DNA of 55,900 nt from Chloroflexota bacterium (GCA_013152585.1 JAADGC010000177.1:1-55900), one strand, 5' to 3'; numbered from the stretch's first letter, positions 8,634 through 18,169 are shown. Numbers and translations are program-made. The notes: generated by a model from the letters alone, not told the origin.

Positions 8634-9032
8634 CTAGGAAGTCATGCGGGCGCTCGCATGGAGAGTCAATGATGCGGCGTTGGAAAGCTGGGCCATGACC
8701 GGCGTAATAAACTGATACTCGTACGTCAACGTTACTTTTACTTCCTGGTCGTCGGGGTGGGTTACTGTGATCTGGAGTTCACTCGTATCCACGCCTACTA
8801 AATTTGCGGTAACTGCTGCTTCGATGCCTGCCGTGTCATAAGGGGCCGTTATGCCATAACGAGCGCCCGCCTGAGCGGCAGCTTCCAACGATGTGGAAGC
8901 GTACACGACTCTTGACAAATCGATGAGCCCGAAGATCATCATGGAAACGATGGCAAAGACCAGAGAAAATTCAACTAGGTTGCTACCTGTTTCTGATCTT
9001 AGATTGTGGCGGAAAGTGGCCAGTAATCTCAT
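8634..9032 (-). CDS. tadE: TadE-like pseudopilin (second copy), first gene of the cluster
   Basis: GAGGAGA SD. N-terminus ETGSNLVEFSLVFAIVSMMIFGLIDLSRVVY. Confidence 0.8.
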   Translation of the reverse strand: MRLLATFRHNLRSETGSNLVEFSLVFAIVSMMIFGLIDLSRVVYASTSLEAAAQAGARYGITAPYDTAGIEAAVTANLVGVDTSELQITVTHPDDQEVKVTLTYEYQFITPVMAQLSNAASLTLHASARMTS

Positions 9033-9234
9033 TGCTCATCTCCTCAAGCCTTCTCAATGTCAGTGATAGGATACAGCCTTCTGCTGATGGTATCTATGCA
9101 CAACCCAACACGTTTCTGTGCTCAATGCGTGTTGAAAGGCCATAGAAACGTGCGTTTGCGTGCGTCGCCTCCGTATCCCTGATAATACGCCCGGCCAAGC
9201 TGTCTTTTCGGGGCCTGACATGTATAATAACACC

Positions 9235-11700
9235 ATGAGCCGTCGTCGTTCGCGGCCGCTGCGGTCCGGCCCCTCCCTCGATTTCAGCGCCATCGCCCTC
9301 TTGCTGGCGCTGGTGATCCTGCCTGTCTATTTCAATATTCAGAGCAGCATTAGTTTTGAACCAGACAAGAGTGCACTTTATCGCACGTTGGCGCTTGTCG
9401 CTTTGCTGGCGCTGCTGCGTCCAAACCGGGATTTCTCATGGAGGCATGTTGGCGCTGCTTGGGCTCGCCTGCCACTGGGGATAAGATGGATGTTTGGCCT
9501 GGTGTTGATCATGGTCGTCGCCACACTCATTGGCGTGGACCCCGTCACCAGTTTTTGGGGCAACCACGAACGCGGCTTTGGCCTGCTCAGCCTGGTTTCT
9601 GGCGTGATCATGGCTGTCGCTGCCTATCGTCTGGTGCGTAGCGGTCAGGTCTGGTTGCTCATCGATGCCATTATAATAGCAGCCGTGCTGCCGGCATTGT
9701 ACGGAGTGCTGCAGGTGCTGGGCACCGATCCCGTCACCGGCCAGGCGGTGAGCTTTGCACTGGGCCAACGCGCTTCCTCCACGCCGGGCAATCCTCTCTT
9801 TCTGGCCGACTTTCTGCTGCTGGCCCTGCCGCTGGCAGGCGCCCGCCTGATCCTGGCTCCCCCCCCTACCCGGGCCGCCCGGCTGGGTCTGGGGATGATT
9901 ACCACGCTGCTCGTGTTAGCCCTCATCGCCACTGGCAGCCTCACGGCGCTGGGCGCAGGGATGGCCGCGGGCGCGTTCGGGCTGGTGGCCGCGGGCCGAC
10001 AACAAGGGTCGCGACGATGGACGGGGCTGGGTCTGGCGATTCTGGCCGCGGGTTTGCTGCTGCTGCTCGTATCATGGGTGGCACCGACCCTGCTGCCGGC
10101 ACGGCTGGGTGAGATATTTGCCAGCGGTGGCAGCGGCGGCCAACGCCTGCTGTTCTGGCAGGCCGTGGTGGACCTGTTCCGGCACGAGCCGCGCTGGCTG
10201 CTGACGGGTCTGGGGCCCGACACTCTGCCCCTGAGACTCCCCCCCTATCTTCCCCCCACCATCGCTCATTTCGAGGTCGATTGGGCGTTCCGCATCCCCG
10301 ACCGCGCTCATACCTGGATGCTGGATACCCTGAGCATGGGCGGGGTGCTGGCCGTGCTCTGTGGGCTGATGGTGTGGACGGTGGTCGTGGCGCCACTGGC
10401 CGCCGCAGCCTCCTCCCCGCGCTGGCGCACGATGCTGCCCCCCCTGGCTGGCGCCGTGCTGGGCGCATCGGCCGGGACCCTAGTAGTGGGGTTGGGAGCA
10501 GCGCCGGTGGGGTTGACCGCCGGCTGGTTGGCGGGGCTGCTGTTCCTCTTCTGGCAACAAAGCCCTCAGGCCCGTGCCCACACCAACTTCTCCCTGACCC
10601 CACCCTTGCTGGCTGCACTGGTAGCGCATTGGGTCTTTCTCACCTTCAGCTTTCGCACCCATGCCTCCGATTTACTGGCCTGGGCATTGCTGGGCGGCGC
10701 CATAGCCCTGTGCCAACCGACAGCCCCCCCCGCCAGGCCTGTGGTCAGCCCTGATACTAAACTCATGCCGATGCTGGCCGGCGCGGCCGCGGCCGCATTG
10801 GGTTTTAGCCTCAGCGCTGCCTGGCCGCAGGCCCTGCCGCTGTGGCTGGCCGGGCTGGGACTGATGGCCGGGTTGAGCTGGCTGCTGGCACCCACGGCCA
10901 TGTCGCGGCACTGGGGCTGGTACCTATTCCCCAGCACCCTCCTCTTTCCGGCCATGGCGCTCAATCGTCTGGCCGGGATCACAGCCTGGCTGGCCTATGC
11001 CTGGTTGCTGGTCTGGCTGCTACTCCTGCTGTGGCTGTTGGCGCCACGTACGCCCGGCCGCAACCGGCTTTTACTGCTGGCCCTGCCCCTGGCCCTGGCA
11101 CTCAATCTGCCCATGTTCGGCGACATCGCTTACAAGAGCGCCCTGCTCACTCCCTACGATGCCGGCGCCCGCCAGACCCTCATGCACCGGGCCTTGTTGC
11201 TCAGCCCTTTCGATCATAATCTGGCTGCGGGCATTGTGGGCACGGAGATGCTCAGCTTCCCCCCCGACGCCACGCTGACATCCCCCCCGGCCCAACGTGT
11301 GCGCCAGCTTTACACCACCGCCATGCAGGCCCAACCGCAGGCTGTGGAGCCGGTGGCGGCCTATGCCGAATGGCTGCGTCAACGGGCGCTCGTCGATCCC
11401 GCCGCCACGCCATTGGCCTTTCGCCTGTTCGATCAGGCCTTGCAGATGTCGCCCCACGATATCGAAACCCGCAATCGGCTGGCGCTGCTGCGCTGGCAGA
11501 GCGGGAACGTGGCCGAGGCACAGGATGATCTGCAAAGGCTGTTGCGGCAGGACCCGCTGTATGGCCCCACGTACCTGCATCTGGCCCAGGTGCAACAGGC
11601 GCAAAGCGATGTAGACGCGGCGCGGGCCACGTTGCAGGCAGGAGTCGAGCACGTGCCATGGTGGCCGACCCTGGTGCAGGCTTTGGCCGGATTGCCCTGA
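9235..11700 (+). CDS. O-antigen-ligase (Wzy_C)-like polytopic membrane protein with a C-terminal TPR domain
   Basis: More than 12 hydrophobic helices, then TPR-like repeats (ALQMSPHDIETRNRLALLRWQSGNVAEAQDDLQRLLRQDPLYGPTYLHLAQVQQAQ). The track start at 9160 is GTG. I prefer the ATG at 9235 because TATAAT (9223-9228) lies 6 nt upstream (leaderless pattern); the ATG at 9220 is also possible. Confidence 0.65.
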   Translation: MSRRRSRPLRSGPSLDFSAIALLLALVILPVYFNIQSSISFEPDKSALYRTLALVALLALLRPNRDFSWRHVGAAWARLPLGIRWMFGLVLIMVVATLIGVDPVTSFWGNHERGFGLLSLVSGVIMAVAAYRLVRSGQVWLLIDAIIIAAVLPALYGVLQVLGTDPVTGQAVSFALGQRASSTPGNPLFLADFLLLALPLAGARLILAPPPTRAARLGLGMITTLLVLALIATGSLTALGAGMAAGAFGLVAAGRQQGSRRWTGLGLAILAAGLLLLLVSWVAPTLLPARLGEIFASGGSGGQRLLFWQAVVDLFRHEPRWLLTGLGPDTLPLRLPPYLPPTIAHFEVDWAFRIPDRAHTWMLDTLSMGGVLAVLCGLMVWTVVVAPLAAAASSPRWRTMLPPLAGAVLGASAGTLVVGLGAAPVGLTAGWLAGLLFLFWQQSPQARAHTNFSLTPPLLAALVAHWVFLTFSFRTHASDLLAWALLGGAIALCQPTAPPARPVVSPDTKLMPMLAGAAAAALGFSLSAAWPQALPLWLAGLGLMAGLSWLLAPTAMSRHWGWYLFPSTLLFPAMALNRLAGITAWLAYAWLLVWLLLLLWLLAPRTPGRNRLLLLALPLALALNLPMFGDIAYKSALLTPYDAGARQTLMHRALLLSPFDHNLAAGIVGTEMLSFPPDATLTSPPAQRVRQLYTTAMQAQPQAVEPVAAYAEWLRQRALVDPAATPLAFRLFDQALQMSPHDIETRNRLALLRWQSGNVAEAQDDLQRLLRQDPLYGPTYLHLAQVQQAQSDVDAARATLQAGVEHVPWWPTLVQALAGLP

Positions 11701-11701
11701 C

Positions 11702-12697
11702 ATGGAACCACCTCTGGCGCCCCTTCCCCTGGTGACGGTGGCGGTGCCGTTGTTGAACGAAGCCCCGCGTTTTCCCGCCCTTTTACAGGCACTCCTGGCC
11801 CAAACCTACCCCGCTCAGCGTTTGCAGGTGCTGTTGTTGGATGGCGGTTCCACAGATGGCACCCTCGAACTAGCGCGAGCGGCAGCGCAGGCCCATGCCC
11901 ACATCAGCGTGCACGAAAACCCGGGGCGGTCGGCGGCGGCAGCCCTGAATCTGGCCCTGACCCTGACACACGGCGTCCTCTTCGCACGCATCGATGCCCG
12001 CTGCCGTCCCGCCCCCGATTATGTCGCCACGGCAGTGGCACGCCTACAAACGGGCAGGTGGGCTGGCGTGGGGGGGCCGCAGGTGGCCACGGGCGCCAGT
12101 TGGCCGGGCAAAGTGGTGGCGGGGATGCTGAATCATCCCCTGGGCACAGGGGCGCCTCGTTATCGCCGCACGATCAAGCCCCACCCCAGCGAGACGCTGT
12201 TTTTGGGCGCCTATGATCGCGGCTGGCTGGCGAAAGTGGGGGGATGGGATGAGCGCTTTGCCGCCAATGAGGATTTTGAGCTGAATTGGCGCCTGCGGCA
12301 AGCAGGGGGGCAATTGCTGGTAGATCCGGCCATCCGCAGCCGCTACGTGGTTCGCGGGGACTTGCGGGAACTGGGACGGCAATATGCCCGTTACGGCGCC
12401 TGGCGCCTGATCACCTGGCGCCGACATCCCCGCAGCATTCGCCTGCGACATGTGGCTCCGGCACTGCTGGTACTGGCCCTGACCGGCGGCTTGCTGGCCC
12501 TGCCTTTTGCGGCCTGGCCCTTGCTGCTGGGGGCAGGGGCGTATCTCGGCCTCGTGCTGGCGGCCGCACTTGATCTCAGCCGCCAACTGGGCCCGCGCGC
12601 CCTGCCACGAGCGGTAGCGGCATTGATGACGGTGCATCTGGCCTGGGGGATCAGTTTTTGGCTGGTGGCGCTGGGCCTGCGGCAACCGCCCCGCTAA
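11702..12697 (+). CDS. Family-2 glycosyltransferase with C-terminal TM helices
   Basis: VTVAVPLLNEAPRFPALLQALLAQTYP...LLLDGGSTDGT motif. The start lies 1 nt after the stop of the upstream gene (TGACATG). Confidence 0.8.
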   Translation: MEPPLAPLPLVTVAVPLLNEAPRFPALLQALLAQTYPAQRLQVLLLDGGSTDGTLELARAAAQAHAHISVHENPGRSAAAALNLALTLTHGVLFARIDARCRPAPDYVATAVARLQTGRWAGVGGPQVATGASWPGKVVAGMLNHPLGTGAPRYRRTIKPHPSETLFLGAYDRGWLAKVGGWDERFAANEDFELNWRLRQAGGQLLVDPAIRSRYVVRGDLRELGRQYARYGAWRLITWRRHPRSIRLRHVAPALLVLALTGGLLALPFAAWPLLLGAGAYLGLVLAAALDLSRQLGPRALPRAVAALMTVHLAWGISFWLVALGLRQPPR

Positions 12698-12713
12698 AAC
12701 AAAAGCGTCTGGG

Positions 12714-13577
12714 TTATGCCGGCTGCGGCGACCGTCGTAGGCCGTAGAAAGCCCGTTGTCGTCCCTCCATCGTGGCCCGGAAAAAGCTGTCGATGGTGTA
12801 GCCCTGGGCGAAGAGCTGTGTGAACAGCTCGCGGGTATGCAGGCGCCATGCCAGCGCCAGGCTCGCATCGGTGCGCTTGAGATTCTGAAAATCGGGTGGG
12901 ATTTCCACCAGCACTTGGGAAGAGGTGGGTGACAGGGTGACCGTGGCCGGGTGGGGCCAGGGGTGACCGGATTGGCTGGGATTCAGCAGGTGCGGCAGGG
13001 TGGCGGTGGCCGCCGGCGGCGGTGGCGGCTGCTGCCGGCGCCGGTCCACGCGCGGCGAAGCGATCCACCAGTCCACCTGAAAGCGATCACTGGGTAACCC
13101 CATGTTGAGCGCATCGGTCATGGTGCCGTAAAGATTCTGCAAATAGCTGTGGCACACAGTCCCCAGGCGGGCGATGTTGAGATGGGCGTTGCGAGCTTCC
13201 AAGGGATCGTAAGTCCACGTGATCAGCTCGATCCCTTGGTGCAGCACGTATTGGCGCTGCGCCCATTTGAGCCTCATGCCGATGTGTTGATTACGGTAGG
13301 CAGGTAGAATGGCCAGCATGTGGGAACAGTGTTTCAGGCGCGGCCCCAGCCCGGCACCGCCTGAGGTCGGACGTGTGCCCACAAAGCCGAATACAAAGCC
13401 CACCAGGACTTCAGCAACGTAAGCGCCCAATACCAGGCCGCCGTTGTGCGCGGCCGTCAACAGCAGGTGGGAGGGGACGATGGAGGTGTTGTCGCCCGGC
13501 CAGACTTGGCGTTGCACGGCTTCCACGGCGTGCATTTCGGCGCTATTTTGCAGGAAGCGAATACTGATATCTTTCAT
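12714..13577 (-). CDS. GNAT-fold acyltransferase-like protein (uncharacterised family) with a Pro-rich insert
   Basis: HMLAILPAYRNQHIGMRLKWAQRQYVLHQGIELITWTYDPLEARNAHLN resembles a GNAT core. There is an RRRQQPPPPPAATA linker. The family assignment is from memory of similar proteins and is not verified. Confidence 0.5.
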   Translation of the reverse strand: MKDISIRFLQNSAEMHAVEAVQRQVWPGDNTSIVPSHLLLTAAHNGGLVLGAYVAEVLVGFVFGFVGTRPTSGGAGLGPRLKHCSHMLAILPAYRNQHIGMRLKWAQRQYVLHQGIELITWTYDPLEARNAHLNIARLGTVCHSYLQNLYGTMTDALNMGLPSDRFQVDWWIASPRVDRRRQQPPPPPAATATLPHLLNPSQSGHPWPHPATVTLSPTSSQVLVEIPPDFQNLKRTDASLALAWRLHTRELFTQLFAQGYTIDSFFRATMEGRQRAFYGLRRSPQPA

Positions 13578-13631
13578 CTTGACATACCATGTGGGTTGAC
13601 AGGTGACATGAGCTGCGATTATGTGAATCGC

Positions 13632-14120
13632 CTAAGGTAACGTTTTAGGCGTGATGTGCCACATCAAAATCCCTCGCCCCGGCCGGATGGCGGACCACTC
13701 ATCCACAGCCAGCTCGATGCCGACAATGGCGGCCGTGGACATTTGTACGGAGGTGCGGGTGAGCGCAGTAACACAATCGCTGAAGCCGGGATTATGCCCC
13801 ACCAGCAGCACGCTCGCATACACGTCTGCGATCTCGCCGATCACATCGAGCAGGGACTCGAGATGGGCTGCATAGATGCGCCGCTCCCAGGCGACCTCGC
13901 CGCTATAGCCCAGGCGCTCTACCAGCCCGGCCACGGTCTGGCGAGCGCGCTCGGCCGGTGAACTGAGGATGAGCTCGGGCATGATCTGGGATTGCAGCAG
14001 CCACGCTCCCATGCGGGGGGCATCACGGCGGCCGCGCCGGTTCAGAGGCCGCTCGAAATCTGTGGCGTAGCTCGGACCCCAGGCGGATTTGGCATGACGC
14101 ATCATCAAAAGCTGTTTCAT
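13632..14120 (-). CDS. sixA: SixA-type phosphohistidine phosphatase (histidine-phosphatase RHG superfamily)
   Basis: 162 aa with LLMMRHAKSAW (RHG-type motif), RPLNRRGRRDA and LLVGHNPGF. It lies 20 nt downstream of the response-regulator stop. Confidence 0.75.
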   Translation of the reverse strand: MKQLLMMRHAKSAWGPSYATDFERPLNRRGRRDAPRMGAWLLQSQIMPELILSSPAERARQTVAGLVERLGYSGEVAWERRIYAAHLESLLDVIGEIADVYASVLLVGHNPGFSDCVTALTRTSVQMSTAAIVGIELAVDEWSAIRPGRGILMWHITPKTLP

Positions 14121-14140
14121 AGCAGGCTCCGGTGCGGACG

Positions 14141-15214
14141 TCAGGGCAGGGGCTGGCCCCGTAATGGTGAGGTGACAGCCAGGAATTTGGCCACGGCCGC
14201 GGCCCGGCTCTTGACTCCGAGCTTGGCGAAAAGTGCCAGGGTGTGGCGTTTGACGGTGTTGGGGGAGATGACGAGGCGTCGGGCAATGTCTTTGTTGCTC
14301 AGACCCTGGGCCAACAGTTCCAGGACTTCGCGTTCGCGGGGGGTGAGGGCCGCCAGCAGGGGGGCGGGCGCCGCTGCCAGTGCCTGCGCTATCACATGCA
14401 GGAATCCCCGGCGATCGAAGTGCTGTTTTTCGAGAAAGTTGTGAATGGCGTAGGTATCGTAAATCTGCTCGATCTCACGGGGGGAGGCGATGCCACTAAG
14501 CACCAGCATGGGGATGTGGCGCTGCTGCATGTTTTGCAACAAGCGGTAGCCGCCTGCGGTTTGTTCGTTGCGTGAGGCCGGGCTGAGGGCCAGATCGACG
14601 ATGGCCAGATCGATGTTTTGGCTCTGCAGCACAGCCAGGGCCTCACCGTAGCCGCGACATGCTGCTACCCGATGTCCGGCATCTGTAAGGATTTCACGCA
14701 GCACGCTGCGCCAGCCGGCATCGTCGTCGACCACGAGGATGTGGGCTGAGACCGACTCTTGGTTGTTGCTGGCTGCGATGACTGGAGAAAGGGAGGGGTG
14801 GTTGGTCTCAGAAGGCATCAGGGGCGGTTGAGCCATTATCTCGCGGATGAGCTGGCGAAAGTGGTGGCGGCGAAAGGTTTCTTTGCGCAGACAAGTGGTG
14901 GCGCCGTATTCGTTGAGCACGCTCACCGCCAGCTCGACCGTGGCAAAGCCCGTGAGCAACAAGGTAGTGCAGCCGGGATCGCTTTCTCGCACTGCGGCCA
15001 GGATATCGAGGCCGTCGCGGTTGCGATGGTCGGGCCCGGCCAGGGAGAGATCGATGACGGCCAGGCGGTGAGGCACAGCCCGCAGGCTGGCCAGGGCAGA
15101 GCGGGCATCGGCCGCACTATCGACATGAAAGCCGGCATCCGTGAGGAGTTCGACTAATATCTGCTGCCAGGCCCGGTCGTCTTCGACCACGAGGGCGCGG
15201 GGGATGCTGTTCAT
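14141..15214 (-). CDS. Response regulator with two receiver domains and a LuxR-type HTH
   Basis: REC1 [10 protein letters not shown]...LAVIDLSL; REC2 [10 protein letters not shown]...LAIVDLALS; C-terminus [45 protein letters not shown]. The ATG at 15214 overlaps the kinase stop (ATGA). The longer track ORF to 15319 is an extension into the kinase gene. Confidence 0.85.
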   Translation of the reverse strand: MNSIPRALVVEDDRAWQQILVELLTDAGFHVDSAADARSALASLRAVPHRLAVIDLSLAGPDHRNRDGLDILAAVRESDPGCTTLLLTGFATVELAVSVLNEYGATTCLRKETFRRHHFRQLIREIMAQPPLMPSETNHPSLSPVIAASNNQESVSAHILVVDDDAGWRSVLREILTDAGHRVAACRGYGEALAVLQSQNIDLAIVDLALSPASRNEQTAGGYRLLQNMQQRHIPMLVLSGIASPREIEQIYDTYAIHNFLEKQHFDRRGFLHVIAQALAAAPAPLLAALTPREREVLELLAQGLSNKDIARRLVISPNTVKRHTLALFAKLGVKSRAAAVAKFLAVTSPLRGQPLP

Positions 15215-17448
15215 GTGCTCACCAGGGGGAGTTGTAAGATGAATTCGGCGCCATGCTGGCCGTCGCTTTCCACCCACACCCGTCCCCCGAAACGGGCCAT
15301 CAGGGTTTTGACCCACCACAGACCAAAGCCCAGCTTGCCACTGCGCTGATCGGCGCTGGAATAATTGAGTTCGAAGATGCGCTGGTGCAGGTCGGGATCG
15401 ATACCGGGGCCGGTATCCCGCACGCTGATCTGCACCCAGCCATTGCTCTGGCGCCCGCTGACATGAATTTCACCCTGCCCGTGCATGGCAGCGAGGGCGT
15501 TTTCCCAAAGATTGGTGAAAACAAAGGCCAGGCGGCGCTGACCCGCCCGCACTGCCGGCAGGGTATCGAGGCCGTCGAGGTGGAGGCTGACGTCCGGGGG
15601 CAGGATGATCTGCTCGCGGGCGCTGGCCACGGCCGCGGCCACATCAACCGCAGCCAGTTCGATGGGGCGCAGGTAGCTGAGGCTTTCGCTCATGATCTGC
15701 ATGGCGTCGATGGCACTGCGTTCGATTTCGTCCAGGTTGCGGGCCAGATAGGGATGCTGCACGAGGGCATTTTCGGCTTTGTCGCGAATGCCTTCGACCC
15801 GCACGGGGATGATGCCGATTTTGTTGTTGAGTCGATGCAACAGGTTGGCTGCCAGATCGCCCACGGCGGCAAAGGTCTCGACAATGGCTTGTTGTTCCTG
15901 GGCCTGGCGCAGAGCGCGCTGATGGGCGCTATGGCGTACGGCCAACGCCGCGTGATGGGCCAGCAGGGTGAGGACTTTGAGGGCCCAGTCGTCGGGCTGA
16001 AAGCGTTCGTCACTGCTGTAAACACTGAGCGCGCCCACAGCCTCTTCGTCTTCCCCGGCCAGCAGGGGGACGATGAGCGCCTGCCGCCAGCCTTGCCGCC
16101 GGGCCAGTTCGGGCCGGGCGAAATGGGGGTCCTGCTGGATGTCGGGGCAGAAGATGGTTTTTCGTTGCAGCAGCGCCTGTCCCGTCAGGCTATGGGCGAT
16201 GTCGATACGGTCGCTGGCAGGGCGCCCGCTGTCACCTGCCTGCAATACCAGTTCATCGCCCTGTCGTAGCCACAGGGCGCTGGTGGCTGCATCCAAACGC
16301 TCGCTGGCAATGGCGACAATGCGGGCGAAAACCTGGGCCGGGGGCTCTGTGAGCAGGCGGCGGGAGACTTCCTGCAAGGCGTCGAGCAGGCGCACTTCCT
16401 GAATGGCGATCACGGCCTGAGTGGCGAGGCTTTGCAGGAGGATGCGATCATCTTCGCTAAACGCCCCCACCGTGGGACTTTCGAGGTTGAGCACGCCTTC
16501 GAGCCGGCCCGTGGCGTTGATGAGGGGCACGGCCAGTTCGGCGCGCATGGTGAGCTCGCGGTCCAGGGGGTAATAGAGTGTGCCCCAGGAGCTATGAGCA
16601 ATGTCGGGGATAAGCAGGGGATGGCGGTGCACGGCCACCCAGCCGGTGATGGTGTTTTCGTCGATGGGCAGGGCTTCGACCGCCGGCTGTGCCAGCCTAT
16701 CGCCGGCAACTGCCTGTGTGATCAGTTGCTGGCGCTGGCGATCGACCAGGCGGAAGATGCCGTAGCGAGCGTCGGTGACTTCGAGCGCCATTTGCAGGAT
16801 GGCTTCCAGGGTTTCTTGCAGGCGCAGGCGAGACGAAAGGAGCAGGTTGGCGCGACGCATTCGTTGCAGTTCTTCTTCTTTGCGCTGCAGGTGACGCTGC
16901 ACCTGCCCCAACTGCTGGATCTGGTCGATGGCGGTGGCTGCCTGTTGGGCGAAATTGTCGAGCAGGAGCAGTTCCAGGGCGGTAAGCTGACGGGCGTCGT
17001 GCAGATAAACATAGAGGGTGCCCACGGGCCGTTCGGCGACGATGAGGGGATAGCAAACGCCCACGCGGGCGCCGATCTGTGCCCAGGTGGGATGAAGCTG
17101 CAGGTCTGCCTCGCGAGTGCTGAGGACGCGTTGCCGGCGCTGCATGGCGCGGCGTCCCAAACCCTGCGGCCGTGGTAGATCCGATTGGTCTGTGTCGGGC
17201 GTGCGACCGACTGCCACACGTGATTCTAACTCGAAGGCATCGGTGGCGGCGTCATAGGTATAAATCACGGAAGATGCCACACCCGATCCCCCTTGTTGCG
17301 TGACCAGGGTGATGGCGCTGCGACCGATCAGGCGTAGAATGTCGGCGATTTCCCGCTGCTGAGAGCGAGCGCGATTGATGGCCGCACCGATCTCGTTCAG
17401 GCTGTGCAGGGCATCGAGCAGATGGGAGGGCAGTGGGGAACTGGACAT
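15211..17448 (-). CDS. Multi-GAF sensor histidine kinase
   Basis: Three GAF-like segments, an H-box-like [12 protein letters not shown], an N box [13 protein letters not shown]1 [11 protein letters not shown] and G2 [10 protein letters not shown] chose the ATG at 17448 ([14 protein letters not shown]...) because it lies 6 nt after a TGGTATAAT element. The track ORF to 17598 is an extension. Confidence 0.85.
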   Translation of the reverse strand: MSSSPLPSHLLDALHSLNEIGAAINRARSQQREIADILRLIGRSAITLVTQQGGSGVASSVIYTYDAATDAFELESRVAVGRTPDTDQSDLPRPQGLGRRAMQRRQRVLSTREADLQLHPTWAQIGARVGVCYPLIVAERPVGTLYVYLHDARQLTALELLLLDNFAQQAATAIDQIQQLGQVQRHLQRKEEELQRMRRANLLLSSRLRLQETLEAILQMALEVTDARYGIFRLVDRQRQQLITQAVAGDRLAQPAVEALPIDENTITGWVAVHRHPLLIPDIAHSSWGTLYYPLDRELTMRAELAVPLINATGRLEGVLNLESPTVGAFSEDDRILLQSLATQAVIAIQEVRLLDALQEVSRRLLTEPPAQVFARIVAIASERLDAATSALWLRQGDELVLQAGDSGRPASDRIDIAHSLTGQALLQRKTIFCPDIQQDPHFARPELARRQGWRQALIVPLLAGEDEEAVGALSVYSSDERFQPDDWALKVLTLLAHHAALAVRHSAHQRALRQAQEQQAIVETFAAVGDLAANLLHRLNNKIGIIPVRVEGIRDKAENALVQHPYLARNLDEIERSAIDAMQIMSESLSYLRPIELAAVDVAAAVASAREQIILPPDVSLHLDGLDTLPAVRAGQRRLAFVFTNLWENALAAMHGQGEIHVSGRQSNGWVQISVRDTGPGIDPDLHQRIFELNYSSADQRSGKLGFGLWWVKTLMARFGGRVWVESDGQHGAEFILQLPLVST

Positions 17449-17454
17449 AGCTGC

Positions 17455-17463
17455 ATTATACCA
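17455..17463 (-). promoter_or_regulatory. Extended -10 element (TGGTATAAT) 6 nt upstream of the kinase ATG; candidate leaderless promoter
   Basis: The minus strand reads TGGTATAATGCAGCTATG, with no SD between the element and the ATG. Confidence 0.45.
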
Positions 17464-17472
17464 AAGGTTGGC

Positions 17473-17503
17473 GGATTGGTGGATTGGTGGATTGGTGATT
17501 GGG
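17473..17503. repeat. Short tandem repeat GGATTGGT x3 plus a partial unit (CCAATC-type on the minus strand)
   Basis: GGATTGGTGGATTGGTGGATTGGTGATTGGG lies in the divergent kinase/DUF123 intergenic region. Confidence 0.9.
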
Positions 17504-17613
17504 CAAGGTTGGATACCATAATCCTGGCATGGCCCTGGCTCGAGCCCTCTGCCTTTGCTGTCTTTGCGGATCTGCGTTATAAATCCTCTACACCCCAAAA
17601 TCTTACTGCTACC

Positions 17614-18126
17614 ATGTCACTCCCTCCCGGCGCCAAAGGCACCTACGCCCTGTTTTTTATGTCCCCCACTCCGCAGACCGTGCCTGTTGGCCGTCTGGGA
17701 AGCAGGTCTTTGCCCCAGGGCTGCCTGGTCTATGTCGGTTCGGCAATGGGATCAGGAGGCCTGAAGGCCCGGCTAGCCCGTCATTTCCGGACGCACAAAC
17801 GTCTGCATTGGCACATCGATGCGCTCAGCACGGTGCTGCCACCGGTGGCGGCAGTCCTCCGCTGTGGAGACGAGCGCTGGGAATGTATGTGGGCGCAACA
17901 ATTGGCCCAGACGCAGGGCGCCCAGATCCCTGTGTCCGGCTTTGGCAGCAGCGATTGTCATGCCGGTTGCCGTGCGCATCTCATCGCTTTTCCGGCATCC
18001 CACCACCCATTGTCTACCCTGCTGTTGACAAATCCCCCCCATTCCCTGCTATACTGCGAGCGTATGCCGATCTTGTCTCTGCATCGAGACAGCATCCAGC
18101 TCCATCGTATCGCCTGCCCGGTGTAG
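17614..18126 (+). CDS. DUF123-type GIY-YIG superfamily protein (predicted nuclease)
   Basis: KGTYALFF...VGRLGSRSLPQGCLVYVGSAMGSGGLKARLARHFRTHKRLHWHIDAL matches the DUF123 pattern recalled from memory. The ATG at 17614 was chosen; the track ORF from 17404 is an extension across the repeat region. Confidence 0.6.
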   Translation: MSLPPGAKGTYALFFMSPTPQTVPVGRLGSRSLPQGCLVYVGSAMGSGGLKARLARHFRTHKRLHWHIDALSTVLPPVAAVLRCGDERWECMWAQQLAQTQGAQIPVSGFGSSDCHAGCRAHLIAFPASHHPLSTLLLTNPPHSLLYCERMPILSLHRDSIQLHRIACPV

Positions 18127-18169
18127 GCTGGCAAAACGTGCCACCACCGCCGACAAATAGGAAGGTATC

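Noticed and set aside
9436-11792. Numerous 60-225-aa ORFs on both strands inside the O-antigen-ligase-like gene (for example 9645-10223, 9941-10618, 11071-11703)
   Set aside because: They overlap a long ORF with a coherent polytopic-membrane plus TPR translation. Their own products are Arg/Pro-rich nonsense typical of alternative frames in G+C-rich DNA.
15253-17178. Plus-strand ORFs of 338 aa and 248 aa (15253-16269, 16432-17178)
   Set aside because: They are antisense to the GAF histidine kinase, whose translation carries H, N, G1 and G2 boxes. The antisense products are low-complexity and Gly/Ala/Asp-rich, with no motifs.
17473-17503. CRISPR-like or minisatellite array
   Set aside because: The units are only 8 nt, contiguous and without spacers, with three and a half copies. 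This is not a CRISPR array.
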